Shown here in pieces: positions 62,401-64,000 of a stretch of DNA of 64,000 bases. The translations under genes and the position numbers were made by a program. This DNA comes from Antedon mediterranea (Eukaryota > Animalia > Echinodermata). The notes beneath the pieces were generated by a model. The model was not told the DNA's origin. It did no database searches and worked only from the letters and a program-made list of their open reading frames with translations. Every line of letters starts with the position of its first letter. Position 1 is the stretch's first letter. The stretch is taken from NCBI RefSeq assembly GCF_964355755.1, contig NC_092671.1, positions 32,932,304 through 32,996,303 on the forward strand, given 5' to 3'.

Positions 62401-64000
62401 TGTTGTTATTGTAAATAAAGGTTTTGAATAAAATCTGAACATTGTATTGGATTGGGGTGGATTGGCAGTTTGTTATGTTGTTAGTGTTAGTGTGATGTCA
62501 TCATATAATATTGTAATGAGATTTGTGTTCTCTTTGTGATAGTTTGTGTACAGTAGTTTGACAGCAAGGTCACTTCTGTAAATGTAGGCGTAGTAATTTA
62601 TTCAAAATATAATTATGGTAATATGGTAACAATACTAACATATTGTCAACATAAAGTAGTAAATTTATTATTAATTTAAAATGGTTATTCAAATTTTCCT
62701 ATGTACAGTTTGACAATTTTTAAGTAAATTAATTTAATGAATTTAAATTAATGTTAATACAAACTATAATACAGTGTGAATGTGACATACAATGATTGAG
62801 TTGGCATCTAATTAATTCTATTTAATTAAAAAGTGGTTTAAAAATGTTTTTGATTAATTTAATTTTAATAAAAAAATAATCTATTCCTTATTATTAATAA
62901 TTACTTAAACTGTTTTCAGATGACAGATTTATTTATCCATAGAATGAAAAGTTTAAAAAATTAAATCAAATTAGTTCATTATTAATATTAAAATATGATT
63001 GGATGATACACACTGTTCAATAATTAGAAAGATTAAAAATACAATTTGCAGATAATAAGCCAGTTAAAAAAGATTACTATTAAAACGTCAATTAAAACTT
63101 TTCTTTTTAATTAATTTACTAAGTATTTTAGGCGCTCTGTTCTTTGTAGGGTGCCATATAAAAACTTGTATAAAATACTATAATACGAAAAGATAAGATT
63201 ACCATATTATTTTAAACTTTTAAATTGTAAATACTAAAAGTGGTATTTTATTTGGTTATTATCAATTAATGTTCATGTTACTTGCTATACTATTATATCA
63301 AACCAGTGTATGGTACTGTACATATAAAGTACAACATTCTACTGTATATTATAATTACAACATACAGTGATTTAATAATTATTCCTTATAATACAGTATA
63401 GGTTGGTACATGGATTTTAAATTACCTACAAACATACAGTAAATATAATTCCTATTATCAGTACATGAATTTTGAATTACATACACTACAGTAATTATTA
63501 ATAGTACATTTAATATTTTATTATGCACCGTACTGTACATCGTGATTATGTGACATCGTTAGTGTGAAGAGTTTTCAAAAAGACCTTGAATATACTCGCT
63601 GAATATTCAATGTGCTGGCTTAATGCATCAGCAGCGATTCTAATCAACGAGTTGAACGTGACAACCTGTTCAATACTATACTGCGTAGTGGCTAATGTTT
63701 AGATACATACATAATTATTATACATCAATAGTTAATGTCATTTTGCGGGAGGAATGAACTCTAGAGTATGTAAATTCGTGTTTTGTTGGTATTTGATTTG
63801 AACAATTTTTATTTCTCTGTACGATCTTCCATTTTTGATTTGTAAGTTTATATAAAAGTCTAATTTTTTGATAGCTATAGGGTCAAAATAATGTCAAATT
63901 ATTTTAAAACCCGGTTTGACAAACATCATGTGATATTACTGTACAGTACTGTATACTGATCAAAAATAATTTGCTGTATCTGTACATTTTGGGCTCTCCA

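Overview
AT-rich animal genomic DNA with GT-AG spliceosomal introns; the repeat and protein content suggests a marine invertebrate (inference). Bases 1-~30 kb hold the 5' part of one large minus-strand gene that I reconstructed by hand: 29 coding exons with consistent phases, ~1850 aa, running off the left edge. It encodes a secreted kielin/chordin-like mosaic: signal peptide, TSPN/LamG, coiled coil, half-VWC, EGF, Kunitz, Cys module, half-VWC, a tyrosinase-fold domain lacking all three CuB histidines, G[FY][DN]xx repeats, a Cys module and >=13 VWC repeats. Bases ~30-55 kb are repeat-rich: a tandem cluster of three small plus-strand orphan genes, a LINE nested in a LINE inside one gene's first exon, a Penelope-like element with inverted pLTRs carrying hammerhead-like motifs, a 3-kb foldback element, MITEs, a SINE and tRNA-containing repeats. 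Comparing paralogous repeats shows recurrent 4-6 bp insertions at TA dinucleotides (TAGGCCTA, TACAGTA, TAGCTA), resembling transposon excision footprints. No supportable gene in 55-64 kb. All coordinates were read by eye; no searches were run.
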